A DNA stretch of 64,000 nucleotides, from contig CAVUAK010000001.1 in assembly GCA_963739455.1 (NCBI GenBank), positions 352,001 through 416,000 of the forward strand. Reading direction: 5' to 3'. Position 1 is the first letter of the stretch; every line of letters begins with the position of its first letter. Under the pieces are notes generated by a model. That model worked only from the letters and a program-made list of their open reading frames with translations. It was not told the DNA's origin and did not search any database. Made by a program: the position numbers and the translations under genes. The stretch comes from an uncultured Gemmatimonadales bacterium. Lineage in GTDB: Bacteria > Gemmatimonadota > Gemmatimonadetes > Gemmatimonadales > GWC2-71-9. This document shows, one piece after another, positions 21,536 to 31,177 of this stretch.

Positions 21536-22195
21536 ATGCGCCTGTTGCTCCTGCTTGGCCTGATGGCGCAGACGGCGGCTTGCTGCACACGCCTGAGCGC
21601 CCAGACCGGCTGTGAACCCGTCGCACAGCGCGGATCGCGGGAGCTTGGTTGCTACATCACGGCCCGGCAGGAGCTTGGTAGGCTTCCGCGCGACACGCTT
21701 CTCTACTGGCATGTCGACAGTTTCCCCGGACTCGCGGCCGCTGACTCGGCGCGTACGCCCCGCAGTACCATCGTGCGGTCCCTCGGGTCCAACTGGCTCT
21801 TCACCATTGCAGAGACGGGTTGGCAGGCGCCGGCGGGCTATCACGTGGCCGTCATAGGCCCCGTGCCCCTCTTCGCGGCCGACAGTTTTGCCGCCGTTTA
21901 TATGGAGGGAGTATTCGAACCTGGCATGCAGACCGCCGTGCACCGACATCCCGGCACCGAGGCATGGTACACCCTCACGGGGCAGCAATGCCTCGAGACG
22001 CCAAGGGGAAGGATGGTGCAGAAGGCTGGCGATCCTGGGGTCATGGTACCCGGCGGTGAGCCGATGATCCTGACGGGCATTGGCACGACCATTCGCCGGT
22101 CTCTCGTCCTGATTCTGCAGGACGCCACGCAGCCGCGATCCATGCTGGCGACCGACTGGACACCGGCTGGATTGTGCAGCGCCCCTGGCTTGTAG
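21536..22195 (+). CDS. Secreted cupin-domain protein
   Basis: Signal peptide; HRHPGTEAWY cupin motif. Confidence 0.7.
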   Translation: MRLLLLLGLMAQTAACCTRLSAQTGCEPVAQRGSRELGCYITARQELGRLPRDTLLYWHVDSFPGLAAADSARTPRSTIVRSLGSNWLFTIAETGWQAPAGYHVAVIGPVPLFAADSFAAVYMEGVFEPGMQTAVHRHPGTEAWYTLTGQQCLETPRGRMVQKAGDPGVMVPGGEPMILTGIGTTIRRSLVLILQDATQPRSMLATDWTPAGLCSAPGL

Positions 22196-22725
22196 TGGCG
22201 GCACAGGTGCGCCTGCCACTGATGCTGTGCTCCTTCGCCTTCGCTGCGCTGCCATCTGTCGCGCTGGCCCAGTCGAAGATCGCCGGCGCCAACTGGCAGA
22301 AGGGCCCGCGCATCGACAGCGTGCGGGCGGTGGTCAGCCGGGTTGAGGAACTCTCCGGCACCCTGACCATGCAGGTCGACTCCAGCGTCTGCGACGACGG
22401 CCACGTCGCCCTCGTGAGCAAGCTCTTCACCGACAGCGGCAACGTCGTGCGGCGATTCACGGTTCAGGGTGGATCGGATGAATCGGCTGGGCAGGAGTAT
22501 CACTACTACGATGCCCTCGGTACGCTCCGCTTCACGTTCGCCGAAACGAGTGCCGCCAACGGAACCCGCCGCGAGGATCGCTACTACTACGATGGCTCAG
22601 GCACCCTGATCTACCACGATGAGCGCAACCTGCGCGGTCCGGGATATTCCGGCGGGTTTATTGGCCTGCCGGTGCGCGACCCGCGAGGCGCCTTCCTCGC
22701 AGGATGCAGGCAGCACGACGAGTAA
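22174..22725 (+). CDS. Secreted hypothetical protein (start uncertain)
   Basis: Signal-like segment; repeated Y.YD..G.L hairpin motifs. Confidence 0.55.
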   Translation: MQRPWLVVAAQVRLPLMLCSFAFAALPSVALAQSKIAGANWQKGPRIDSVRAVVSRVEELSGTLTMQVDSSVCDDGHVALVSKLFTDSGNVVRRFTVQGGSDESAGQEYHYYDALGTLRFTFAETSAANGTRREDRYYYDGSGTLIYHDERNLRGPGYSGGFIGLPVRDPRGAFLAGCRQHDE

Positions 22726-22785
22726 CCTGTCGGCAGCGCTGCGACGTATCTTCCTCGGCATTCCAGTCAACAGGGAGATTATCGC

Positions 22786-23283
22786 ATGCGCCGGCTGCTA
22801 CCGTTGTACCTCCTGTCCGTTGTCATCATGGGGTGCAGTCCGGCCCCGGCACGACAGGAGGCGCCGCCGCCCATCGTCGGCGCCTGGCGCTCCTCACTCC
22901 AGTTCGCTGACGGCGCCTTCGCCGGCATCAAGGACCTGGAGTTCATGTACGTGTTCAACCAGGGCGGCACCCTCACCGAGTCATCCAACTACGATGGCGC
23001 TCCGCCCGTACCGCCCGCCTACGGTGCCTGGCGCGCCATCTCTGCCACCGAGTTCGAGGCGAAGTACGAGTTCTACGTCACCACTCCGGCACCGCCCGAC
23101 GCGTTCAAGACTGGGGCTGGCTGGTTGCCGGCGGGCCGCGGCATCTTCACCGAGCGGATCACGCTGGGTGCCGATGGAAAGACCTTCACCTCGACCATCA
23201 CCTACGAGGCCTTCGATACGCGCGGCCAGGCGGTAGCGGGTGGTGGTACCGCTACGGGACGCGCGGTCAGGATCGGTCTCTAG
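22786..23283 (+). CDS. Hypothetical lipoprotein (beta-barrel-like)
   Basis: Lipobox IMGC; IVGAW motif; SD GGGAG upstream. Confidence 0.7.
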   Translation: MRRLLPLYLLSVVIMGCSPAPARQEAPPPIVGAWRSSLQFADGAFAGIKDLEFMYVFNQGGTLTESSNYDGAPPVPPAYGAWRAISATEFEAKYEFYVTTPAPPDAFKTGAGWLPAGRGIFTERITLGADGKTFTSTITYEAFDTRGQAVAGGGTATGRAVRIGL

Positions 23284-23298
23284 CGAGGCCTCACCCGG

Positions 23299-23892
23299 CT
23301 ACTTGAGCTTGAACCCCGTTGCCTCGATCTGGGCCGCGGTCATCTGGATTACGCTCACCGTGAGCGGGATCGGCACCAGCGGTTCATCGAGTGAGTCGGT
23401 CGGCACCGACACGATCGCCTCAGCCACGTCCATTCCCTTGATGACCTGTCCATAGACCACGAAGTTGCCGTCCAGTCGCTTCAGGCCGTCCTTGTTCACC
23501 ACGATGTAGAACTGGCAGCCGGCGGAAAGCTTCTGCGGGTTGTCGTCGCGTCCGGCCCCGACTGCCCCGTACACATGCTTCAGGTCCGGTACGAACTCTG
23601 GTGCCAGGTTATACGGTGAGTCCTTGAACCCCGCCGGCGTGTCAGGGCACCCGCCCTGTGCCACGAAGTTCTTGATGACACGGTTGAACGTCAGCGAATC
23701 CCAGTAGTGCGCATCGGCGAGCTTGATGAAGCTCGCCATGTGGTTCGGCGTCTGGGGATACAGGTAGAACAGGATCTCGCCCTTGGGCGTGACAATACGG
23801 CCCACCGGGTATGTCGGGGCACTGTTCGCAGACAGGAAGGCGATGAGGGCCATCGCCGCGAGGGCGGGAAGGAATTTCTTCATGCGCGTCAC
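23299..23892 (-). CDS. Cyclophilin-type peptidyl-prolyl isomerase, exported
   Basis: FNRVIKNFVAQGG, H.YGA, QFYIV, LDG..VVYGQVIKGMDV. Confidence 0.92.
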   Translation of the reverse strand: MTRMKKFLPALAAMALIAFLSANSAPTYPVGRIVTPKGEILFYLYPQTPNHMASFIKLADAHYWDSLTFNRVIKNFVAQGGCPDTPAGFKDSPYNLAPEFVPDLKHVYGAVGAGRDDNPQKLSAGCQFYIVVNKDGLKRLDGNFVVYGQVIKGMDVAEAIVSVPTDSLDEPLVPIPLTVSVIQMTAAQIEATGFKLK

Positions 23893-24494
23893 CCCTGGCT
23901 CACGAGTTGTTTGACGCCATCGACCACCGTCTGCACCGCGAGCGCGGCGAGCAGCAGCCCCATGACGCGCCTCACGATGTTGATCCCGCCGTCCCCAATC
24001 AGGCGCTGGATCGGGCTCGCCGCGAGCATCAGCAGCAGCGTGAACCCAAGCACCGCGAGCATCGCGACGGACGTCTGCACCTGCTCCCCGACATTGAAGG
24101 TCGCGTTGTCGGTCAGCACCACCACCGCCATCATCGCCGCCGGCCCCGCCATCGAGGGGATCGCCACCGGGAAGACGGCCACGTCGTTCCCCTTCACCTG
24201 GTCGGCGTCCTCTTTCTGGTGCCCCGGATCGAACACCATTTGCAGGGCGAAGAGGAAGAGCACGATGCCACCCGCCACCTGGTACGAGGACAGCGAGATC
24301 CCCATCGCATTGAGCACCACCTGCCCCAGCGCCACGAAGCCGAGCAGGACGCCCGCCGAGATGAATGTCGCCCGCACGGCGACACGTCGCCGCTCCGCGT
24401 CGGTCATTCCCGCCGTTGCGGTGAGGTAGATCGGGATGGTTCCAACGGGATCGATCACGGCAATGAGCGTGACCAGGTCCTTCAGGACATCCAT
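23889..24494 (-). CDS. MarC-family membrane protein
   Basis: IDPVG.IP, AGGIVLF, AVFPVAIP..AGP, R.MGLLLAALAVQ. Confidence 0.92.
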   Translation of the reverse strand: MDVLKDLVTLIAVIDPVGTIPIYLTATAGMTDAERRRVAVRATFISAGVLLGFVALGQVVLNAMGISLSSYQVAGGIVLFLFALQMVFDPGHQKEDADQVKGNDVAVFPVAIPSMAGPAAMMAVVVLTDNATFNVGEQVQTSVAMLAVLGFTLLLMLAASPIQRLIGDGGINIVRRVMGLLLAALAVQTVVDGVKQLVSQG

Positions 24495-24498
24495 GGAG

Positions 24499-24990
24499 TC
24501 AATCCTCGTCGGGGTTGGTGAGCGGCACGAGTCGCCCGCGCGGTGGGATGCCCGGTTCGAGCTCGAGGATCCCCACCGACGGCAGGATATCGAAGCGCCG
24601 CTGGCCGGCGGCACCGGGGTTCATCACGGTCACGACCAGGTCCACCAGCGTCAGCAGCGGCTTGTGCGTGTGTCCGTACAGGATGATCTCGGCGTCGGGA
24701 TACGCGGCGTACAGTGCATCCGGTGTGGGGCTCCCGAACTGGTCACCATGGGTCACCACGATCTCGAACCCATCCAGCTGCACCCGAGCCACCTTGGGCA
24801 CCGCCGCCCGTACATCCCAGTCGTCGGTGTTGCCGTAAACAGCGGTGACGGGCGCAAGTGCCTCGAGCTCGGTCAGCAGCGCCAGCGACCCGATGTCACC
24901 CGCATGGAATATGTGGTCGACCTCGCGGAAAACCTCGAAGACTTCGGGCCGCAGCAGGCCGTGGGTATCGGAGATGATTCCGAGTCGCAT
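24499..24990 (-). CDS. YfcE-like metallophosphoesterase
   Basis: SDTHG, HAGD, GNTD, HG, GHTH, NPG motifs. Confidence 0.92.
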   Translation of the reverse strand: MRLGIISDTHGLLRPEVFEVFREVDHIFHAGDIGSLALLTELEALAPVTAVYGNTDDWDVRAAVPKVARVQLDGFEIVVTHGDQFGSPTPDALYAAYPDAEIILYGHTHKPLLTLVDLVVTVMNPGAAGQRRFDILPSVGILELEPGIPPRGRLVPLTNPDED

Positions 24991-24999
24991 GCGACCGTG

Positions 25000-25392
25000 C
25001 TACCGTTTGCGCTGTTGCGTATCGGCCAGGCGGATTTGCAGCGCAGACACAAATGCGCGCGCCTCATGACGGAATTTCCGGCTCACCAGGAGCGTGACCT
25101 CACGCGGATTCCGGGGAGAGAGTTCGACGAACGCCGTCGCATCACGGGCCGTCAGGCGAATGCGGCTCGTGAGGATACCCGGCCGGAGCACCGCCGACGA
25201 AATCTCGCTGTAGAGCACTTGCGCGCTGTTTGTCGCCCCGCCGCTTGACGCCGCGATCTCGAACACCAGGGCCTCATCGGCCAGCACGACATGCCCGTTC
25301 AGCCGGCGGGACAGTGAGCTGACCATGAGCCGCGCGTCGGGGTCGGCATCGTCCGCTGAGCTGGAGAGCCGGAATGGAATGTCGAGGGGCAC
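25000..25392 (-). CDS. Hypothetical protein
   Basis: Fills the operon gap between ubiX and the phosphoesterase with tight spacing. Confidence 0.55.
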   Translation of the reverse strand: MPLDIPFRLSSSADDADPDARLMVSSLSRRLNGHVVLADEALVFEIAASSGGATNSAQVLYSEISSAVLRPGILTSRIRLTARDATAFVELSPRNPREVTLLVSRKFRHEARAFVSALQIRLADTQQRKR

Positions 25393-25393
25393 G

Positions 25394-25978
25394 TCAGCCC
25401 TCCCAGCGCGCGGCGATGCTGATATCCAGGTCGAGCTGGTCGAGGACTCGCTGCACGATGAAATCCACCAGCTCCCTCACCTCCGTCGGCCGGTGATAGA
25501 ACCCGGGCGCGGCGGGAACCACGGTGGCTCCCGCCTCCGTCACCGCTACGAGGTTGCGCAGGTGGATCAGCGACATCGGTGTTTCCCTTGGGACGAGAAT
25601 GAGTTTGCGGCGCTCCTTCAGGGTCACGTCCGCAGCGCGTTCCACGAGGGAGCGGCTCGTGCCCCCGGCGATCGCCGCCACCGTGCCCATGGAGCAGGGA
25701 CAGACCAACATTCCCCCGGTGCGCTGCGACCCCGACGCCGGCAACGCGCCGCGATCATCGTCTGGAAAGACCCGCACGCTGGCCCAGTTGCCGCCCGTCG
25801 CCGCCTTGAGCGCGTCGATGTCGCCAATGCCACACTCCGCCTGCAGTAACCGGAAGCCATGACCGGAGACGATGAGCCACACCGGCACCGCGGCGCTCGC
25901 CAATGCCTCGAGCAGGCGCACGCCATACGGCGCCCCGGACGCCCCAGTGATGGCCAACACGATCGGCAACTGCTTCAC
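25394..25978 (-). CDS. ubiX: Flavin prenyltransferase (UbiX/MqnM)
   Basis: AITGASGAPYG, ASGS, PCSMGT, RAADVTLKERR.LILVPRETP, PGFY; GTG at 25978 with AGGAGG SD. Confidence 0.95.
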   Translation of the reverse strand: MKQLPIVLAITGASGAPYGVRLLEALASAAVPVWLIVSGHGFRLLQAECGIGDIDALKAATGGNWASVRVFPDDDRGALPASGSQRTGGMLVCPCSMGTVAAIAGGTSRSLVERAADVTLKERRKLILVPRETPMSLIHLRNLVAVTEAGATVVPAAPGFYHRPTEVRELVDFIVQRVLDQLDLDISIAARWEG

Positions 25979-25985
25979 CGCTCCT

Positions 25986-26038
25986 CCTGTTCCCTGTTCC
26001 CTGTTCCCCGCCACTTCACGTCCTCACGTCCTCACGTC
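25986..26038 (+). repeat. Compound array: 3 x CCTGTTC, 1 x TTCCCCGCC, 3 x (T/C)TCACGTC
   Basis: Three repeat families abut between the ubiA stop (26032-26034) and the ubiX SD. Confidence 0.9.
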
Positions 26039-26919
26039 AGCGCGTCGAGGAGCGCGAAGGCAAAGACAGTCACGCTCATCACCGCGTTCATCGTGAAGAA
26101 GGCTGCATCGAGCCGTGAAAGGTCGTCGGCCCGCACAAGGTGGTGCTCCCAGACCAGGATCGCGGCCGCCACCGCGACCCCCACGTAGTACCATGTCCCG
26201 AAACCCGACCCCCAGCCGAAGAGCAGCAACGCAGGGATGGTGATGCCGTGCAGTACCTTGGCAAGGATGATCGCCCGCGGCACGCCCAGCCGCACCACGG
26301 CGCTGTGCAGTCCCTCGGTACGGTCGAACGCTTCGTCGGGCAGGGCGTAGAAGATGTCGAACCCCGCGACCCAGGTCGCCACCGCCACCGTGATGGCGGC
26401 CAGCGTCCACCACGGCGCGCTCCATTGGCCGGTAATGGCGAGGTACCCCCCCACCGGGGCGATCGCGAGGCTCAGGCCAAGCCACACGTGCGGCCACCAG
26501 GTGAAGCGCTTGGCGAGGCTGTAGACCATCACCCAGGCAAGTGCAAACGGGGCCAGCAGGGCGCAGAGCGGATTGAGCAACCATGCCGCAAGCAGGAACG
26601 CGACCGCCGCCACCGTCACGGATACCCAGGCCTGCCCGACCGTCAGCGTCCCCTTCGGGAGTTCCCGGTTGCTGGTGCGAGGGTTCCTGGCGTCGAAGTG
26701 ACGGTCGGCGATCCGGTTGAACCCCATCGCCACCCAGCGCGCTGCCGTAAACGCGGCGACTACCAGTAGTACCTCGCGAAGGTGCAGCGGTGTCGCCCGT
26801 GATGCCGCCACCACCCCCAGCAGCGCAAACGGGAGCGCAAACAGGGTGTGTGGAAGCTTCACGAAGTTGGCAAATCGAACTACGAGGGATTCACCCGCCA
26901 GCACCTGCCCCTCAGCCAT
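26032..26919 (-). CDS. UbiA-family polyprenyltransferase (MqnP-like)
   Basis: KLPHTLFALPFA, ARW.AMGFNRIADR.FDARNPRT..RELP.G, YS..KRF, GFDIFYA. Confidence 0.9.
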   Translation of the reverse strand: MAEGQVLAGESLVVRFANFVKLPHTLFALPFALLGVVAASRATPLHLREVLLVVAAFTAARWVAMGFNRIADRHFDARNPRTSNRELPKGTLTVGQAWVSVTVAAVAFLLAAWLLNPLCALLAPFALAWVMVYSLAKRFTWWPHVWLGLSLAIAPVGGYLAITGQWSAPWWTLAAITVAVATWVAGFDIFYALPDEAFDRTEGLHSAVVRLGVPRAIILAKVLHGITIPALLLFGWGSGFGTWYYVGVAVAAAILVWEHHLVRADDLSRLDAAFFTMNAVMSVTVFAFALLDALT

Positions 26920-26928
26920 CGAGCCTCC

Positions 26929-26976
26929 CGCAGTCGCGGTTCCTCCTCACGCGGTCGCTGTTCCGCCTCACGCGGT
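26929..26976 (+). repeat. About 2.3 x 21-bp tandem repeat at the menG/ubiA junction
   Basis: CGCAGTCGCGGTTCCTCCTCA CGCGGTCGCTGTTCCGCCTCA CGCGGT; minus strand repeats ACCGCG-TGA-GG(C/A)GGAA. Confidence 0.7.
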
Positions 26977-27705
26977 TCTCACACCGATGTGCATGGCACA
27001 CGATCCTCCCAGCAACGCCTCGTATGTCACGTCCCCAAACCCGTTCTCCCTCATCCGTCTCGCCAGCTCCGGCGGCGCAGGGAACACCCGGGTAGACTCT
27101 GGAAGCCAGGAGTACGCAGTCCTATGTTTCGAAATGGCGCGACCAATCCGCGGGAGCACGTGATCAAAGTAGAAATCGACGAGCGCCCGAAACGGCTGCC
27201 AGCCCGGTTGCGACATCTCGAGAATCGCGAGACGCGCACCTGGCTTGAGCACCCGCGAGGCCTCCCGGAGACCGGCCTCGAGATCCACCAGGTTCCGCAT
27301 GCCCCACCCTACAACCGCGCCATCGAAGTAGTCATCCGGGAAGGGCAGCTCGAGCGCGTCTGCCGTCACCGGCAGGATCGCACTGGTACCGATCTTCGTG
27401 CGACCGGTCACCAGCATCGCCGGAACGAAGTCGGCCGCGACAATGCGGCCCGCAAATCCGGGCTGGGTGGCCAGGGCCACGCTGAAATCCAGGGTGCCTG
27501 CGCACAGGTCGAGATAGACGCCGCCCGGACGCCGTTCCCAGCCGAGACGCCCGACCGCGCGGCGTCGCCAGCGCTGGTCGAAGCTGAAGCTGATGATCCG
27601 GTTCAGGCGGTCGTAGGTCGGGGCAATCGCCGCGAACATGGTCCGCACGTATGCCCGTTTTTCGGGCCCGCCAAAGACGGGTAAATGCTGATTTGATGCG
27701 GACAT
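26968..27705 (-). CDS. menG: Demethylmenaquinone methyltransferase (UbiE/MenG)
   Basis: V..MF..IAPTYDRLN, LDLCAGT.D, DALELPFPD, RN..D..GLRE..RVLKPG, YSWLPES. Confidence 0.9.
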   Translation of the reverse strand: MSASNQHLPVFGGPEKRAYVRTMFAAIAPTYDRLNRIISFSFDQRWRRRAVGRLGWERRPGGVYLDLCAGTLDFSVALATQPGFAGRIVAADFVPAMLVTGRTKIGTSAILPVTADALELPFPDDYFDGAVVGWGMRNLVDLEAGLREASRVLKPGARLAILEMSQPGWQPFRALVDFYFDHVLPRIGRAISKHRTAYSWLPESTRVFPAPPELARRMRENGFGDVTYEALLGGSCAMHIGVRTA

Positions 27706-27758
27706 ACGAGCGTAATGTACCCCGGGCGGAATCGCGTCCGCAAGCATGGTAGCAGCGC

Positions 27759-28364
27759 GTGGCTGAGCGCCCTGCGGCCTTGTCGGCCCTCACCGACCAG
27801 GAGGTCGTCCTGCTGGCGCGGGGCGGGCAGGAGCGCGCCTATCGCGAGCTCGTGCGACGGTACGAGCGCCCGATCTTCTCGTTGCTCTATCGCATGGTGC
27901 GCGACCGGGAACTCGCCGAGGACCTGTCGCAGGACACCTTCGTGAAGGCGCTCAACGCCATCGAGAGCTACAAGCCCGAGTACAAGTTCTCGTCCTGGCT
28001 CTTCAAGATCGCGAACAACGCCGCCATCGATCACCTCCGCCGCCGCGAACTCGACACCCTCTCCCTCGAGGGATCACCGCACGCCGTGACACCCGACGCC
28101 GTTGAAGCCACCGCATTGCAGATCGGCGACCGCGGTGAGAACGCACTCGACATCGTGGAGGCAAAGGAACTGGGCGGGGAAATCGAGCGGGCCATCGCCC
28201 TGCTCCGCCCCGAGTATCGCGCCTGCATCCTGCTGCGGCACGTGGACGGGCGCGCCTATGAAGAAATCGCCGAGATGCTCGACCTGCCGCTCGGCACGGT
28301 GAAGACGTACATCCACCGCGCGCGCAACGAGTTGCGACGCTCGCTGGCCCACTTGAAGGAATAG
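27759..28364 (+). CDS. ECF RNA polymerase sigma factor (SigW/RpoE-like)
   Basis: AEDLSQDTFVKA, FSSWLFKIANN..IDHLRRR, YEEIAEMLDLPLGTVKTYIHRAR. Confidence 0.95.
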   Translation: MAERPAALSALTDQEVVLLARGGQERAYRELVRRYERPIFSLLYRMVRDRELAEDLSQDTFVKALNAIESYKPEYKFSSWLFKIANNAAIDHLRRRELDTLSLEGSPHAVTPDAVEATALQIGDRGENALDIVEAKELGGEIERAIALLRPEYRACILLRHVDGRAYEEIAEMLDLPLGTVKTYIHRARNELRRSLAHLKE

Positions 28365-28396
28365 GCAGTCCCATTTTGACGGCGAGGACCCGGGAG

Positions 28397-28423
28397 TGAA
28401 ACCCCGGCCGTCCAGCCCGCGTA
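28397..28423 (+). promoter_or_regulatory. Candidate ECF promoter TGAAAC-N17-CGTA between sigma and anti-sigma genes
   Basis: SigW-type -35/-10 elements immediately upstream of the ATG at 28439. Confidence 0.6.
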
Positions 28424-28438
28424 GGAGGGGTCAATTCT

Positions 28439-29041
28439 ATGGAGCGCTCAGTCCTGCAGCACCTCACACTCGACGAGATCGATCTCGTCCTCGAGGGTAA
28501 CTACCCCGAGACAATTCGCGCGCACGTCAATGGCTGCCCCGACTGCAGTTCGCTCATCAACGGCGAACGCCTCGTGGTCCAGTGGCTGGGTGCGCTGCCG
28601 CTCCATGTGCCCGCCGCCGGCTTCGAGGATCGGGTCATGGCACGGGTGCAGGTTGTAACGCCCCGCTCGGCGCTCGCGACGCTGCGCCATCGCGCCATGG
28701 CGACGCCAGCGTCTCGCGCGCTGGCGGCCGGTGCCATGGTCTCGGTGCTCGGATCGCTCGCCGGCAGCATCGTCTGGTCCCTCGGGCACCGCGAGGTGCT
28801 CGCCTCCCTTGGAATGACCGCTCTCCACAACGTCGCCGAACTTGGCTGGGTAGTCGTGCATGGCCTGGCGACCACCCTGGTCGAGCAGCCCTGGTACGGT
28901 TCCGCACGCGCGCTGGCCGATTCGCCGGCACGCCTCGCGACCGTCGCCGGCGTGCTGACGACGGCGTGGGCCGCGGGAATGCTGCTGATGCGCCGGCTGA
29001 TTGCCATTCCGGCTGGGTCGGTGGCACATGAGCACATCTAG
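28439..29041 (+). CDS. Zinc-binding (ZAS) membrane anti-sigma factor
   Basis: HL...HVNGCPDC (Hx3Cx2C), F.DRVMARV, transmembrane segments; follows the ECF gene. Confidence 0.8.
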   Translation: MERSVLQHLTLDEIDLVLEGNYPETIRAHVNGCPDCSSLINGERLVVQWLGALPLHVPAAGFEDRVMARVQVVTPRSALATLRHRAMATPASRALAAGAMVSVLGSLAGSIVWSLGHREVLASLGMTALHNVAELGWVVVHGLATTLVEQPWYGSARALADSPARLATVAGVLTTAWAAGMLLMRRLIAIPAGSVAHEHI

Positions 29042-30304
29042 GGCGCTCCGGCTCGCTCCAGCCATTGCAGTGATTGCGCTGCTCGCCTGGCCCGCGCTCG
29101 TCTGCGGGCCGACGAGCCGAGCGATGTGCTGCGCGATGTCTGGACCCGCATCCAGCAGATCGCGCCGGGCCAGGATGCAGCGCCCACCCGGCCGCATCCG
29201 CAGGCAGTACAGACCTCGGCCGATGCGCCGAGCATTTCGCTCCGCGATCTCTCCCATCCCATCTCGCTCGAGCGAAGCATCCGTGCCGCCGCAGCGGTGC
29301 CACCCGCACAGCTGCGCCTCGCCATCCCGAACGGCCAGGCTCGCCTCGGCGACTTCAGCATCGGCTCAGACCAGGCGGTCACCGGCGACCTGCTCGTGCT
29401 CGAGGGTACCGCGGACGTCTACGGTCGCCTCAACGGCAACCTGGTGTGCTGGGGCGGCGACATCGTGCTGCACCCCGGTGCGGTGATCGACGGTGACGTG
29501 CTGGCGCTTGCCGGCCAGGTTCGCCTCGAGGGTGGAGAGGTGACGGGCGAAGTACGCACGCTGTCGGCGCCCTCCGCGGAGCAGTCGCCTGCCGCGCCCG
29601 CGTCGCCGATGCGCCACATCTTCCGCTCGCTGGCCGGCACCACCGGGGTGTTCCTTACGCTGCTCCTCGCCGGGTTCGGCCTTGTGCTCTTCGGCAAGTC
29701 GCCGCTTGAAGTGACCTCAGACACGGTGCGAAGCTCTTTCAGCCGGGCGTTCATCGTGGGACTGCTCGGCCAGATCCTCGTCCTGCCCACCTTCGGCATG
29801 CTCGTCGTGGGCCTGATCCTCACGGTCGCCGGCATCCTCCTGATCCCGTTCGTCGTGATCGTGTTCGCCCTGCTTCTCGTCGCCGGCATCGTCGGCGGCG
29901 CGCTGGCGGTGGCGCACGCCATGGGTGAGTCGATCACGCGGCGGCAGATGGCACAGGGGCGGGCGCTCTCTCCCAACAGCTATCGCTATCTCGTCGTCGG
30001 GCTCGCCTGCATCTTCGCCCCCTGGCTCGTGTGGACCCTGTTCGGCTGGGCACCGGTCGCCGGCGAACTGATGCTCGGTGCGGCGATCCTCATCAGCTGG
30101 CTGCTCGCGAGCGTCGGGTTCGGCGCCGCACTGCTGAGTCGCGGTGGGCTCAAGGAGCAGTTTGCCGGACGGTTCATCCCGCCCGAGATGCTGACCGACG
30201 AATTCCTCTGGGCCACGCCCCGGTTTGGTGTTCCGGCGGCGAAGCGGCCGGATAGCAGTACCAGCCCGCGCCCCGGCTCGCGGCCGCCCGACGGTTCGCG
30301 GTGA
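29028..30304 (+). CDS. Bactofilin-like beta-helix plus multi-TM membrane protein (frameshift near 29100)
   Basis: V.GD..V..G beta-helix repeats followed by about 5 hydrophobic segments; ATG overlaps the anti-sigma 3' end. Confidence 0.75.
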
Positions 30305-31164
30305 TGCGCCATCTGCTCCGGTTCGTGCCTCTCGGTCGGCCCCGCCACCGCCGCCCGGTGACGTGCAGGGCGCAGACGCTGCGCGAGTATTCCAGCACGC
30401 GGCAGGATCATGGTGAGTCGCGACTGTCGACGACGGTCCAGTATGCCGGCGGTACGCTCAGCCTGGTCCCCGCACCGTCGGGCATCCTGTACGCGCTACG
30501 CCTCACCTACGACGCCGATCGCTTCGCGCCCGTCGCACAGTTCGATCCCTCGGTGCCGCAACTCACCCTCGGTACCGAGACGCTGCCGCGCAGTGGTGGC
30601 GTCAGGGTGAGCCATCGCGGCACGCCGCCGGCCGCCACGATCGCGCTCAGTACCCGCGCGGACCTCGATCTCGATATCGAATTGGGCGCCGCCGAGGCCA
30701 CGCTCGAGCTTGGCGGGATCCGCATCAGCCGGCTCAAGGTCCAGACCGGTGCGAGCAAGACGGTGGTGCACTTCGCTGAGGCGAACCCGATTCGCTGTTC
30801 CGGCGCCGAGTTCTCGGCGGGGGCCGCCGAGCTCGTCGTGACGGGCCTGGGCTACGCGCGATGCGGCGAGGTCGACTTCAATGGCGGCGTGGGCAAGGTG
30901 ACGCTCGACTTCAGCGGGCGCTGGTCGGGACCGATGCACCTCGACGCCGGCATTGCCGTGGGCGAGCTGGTGCTGCGCCTGCCGCGGCGCGCCGGGATCA
31001 AGCTCGAGCTCGACAAGTTCCTGGCGAGCTTCGCCCCGGCGGGCCTGGTGCGCAGCGCTGACGGTCGCACATGGGTGAGCGCAGGATTCGAGAACGCGCC
31101 GCAGCAGCTGGTGGTCGAGCTGGAGACGGCGTTTGGCGGGGTGACCGTCGAGTGGATCGACTGA
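30301..31164 (+). CDS. LiaF/toast-rack-like beta-solenoid envelope protein
   Basis: Repeating L....GA....L.. beta-solenoid pattern; last gene of the ECF operon. Confidence 0.65.
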   Translation: MMRHLLRFVPLGRPRHRRPVTCRAQTLREYSSTRQDHGESRLSTTVQYAGGTLSLVPAPSGILYALRLTYDADRFAPVAQFDPSVPQLTLGTETLPRSGGVRVSHRGTPPAATIALSTRADLDLDIELGAAEATLELGGIRISRLKVQTGASKTVVHFAEANPIRCSGAEFSAGAAELVVTGLGYARCGEVDFNGGVGKVTLDFSGRWSGPMHLDAGIAVGELVLRLPRRAGIKLELDKFLASFAPAGLVRSADGRTWVSAGFENAPQQLVVELETAFGGVTVEWID

Positions 31165-31177
31165 GGCCAGCCGGCCC

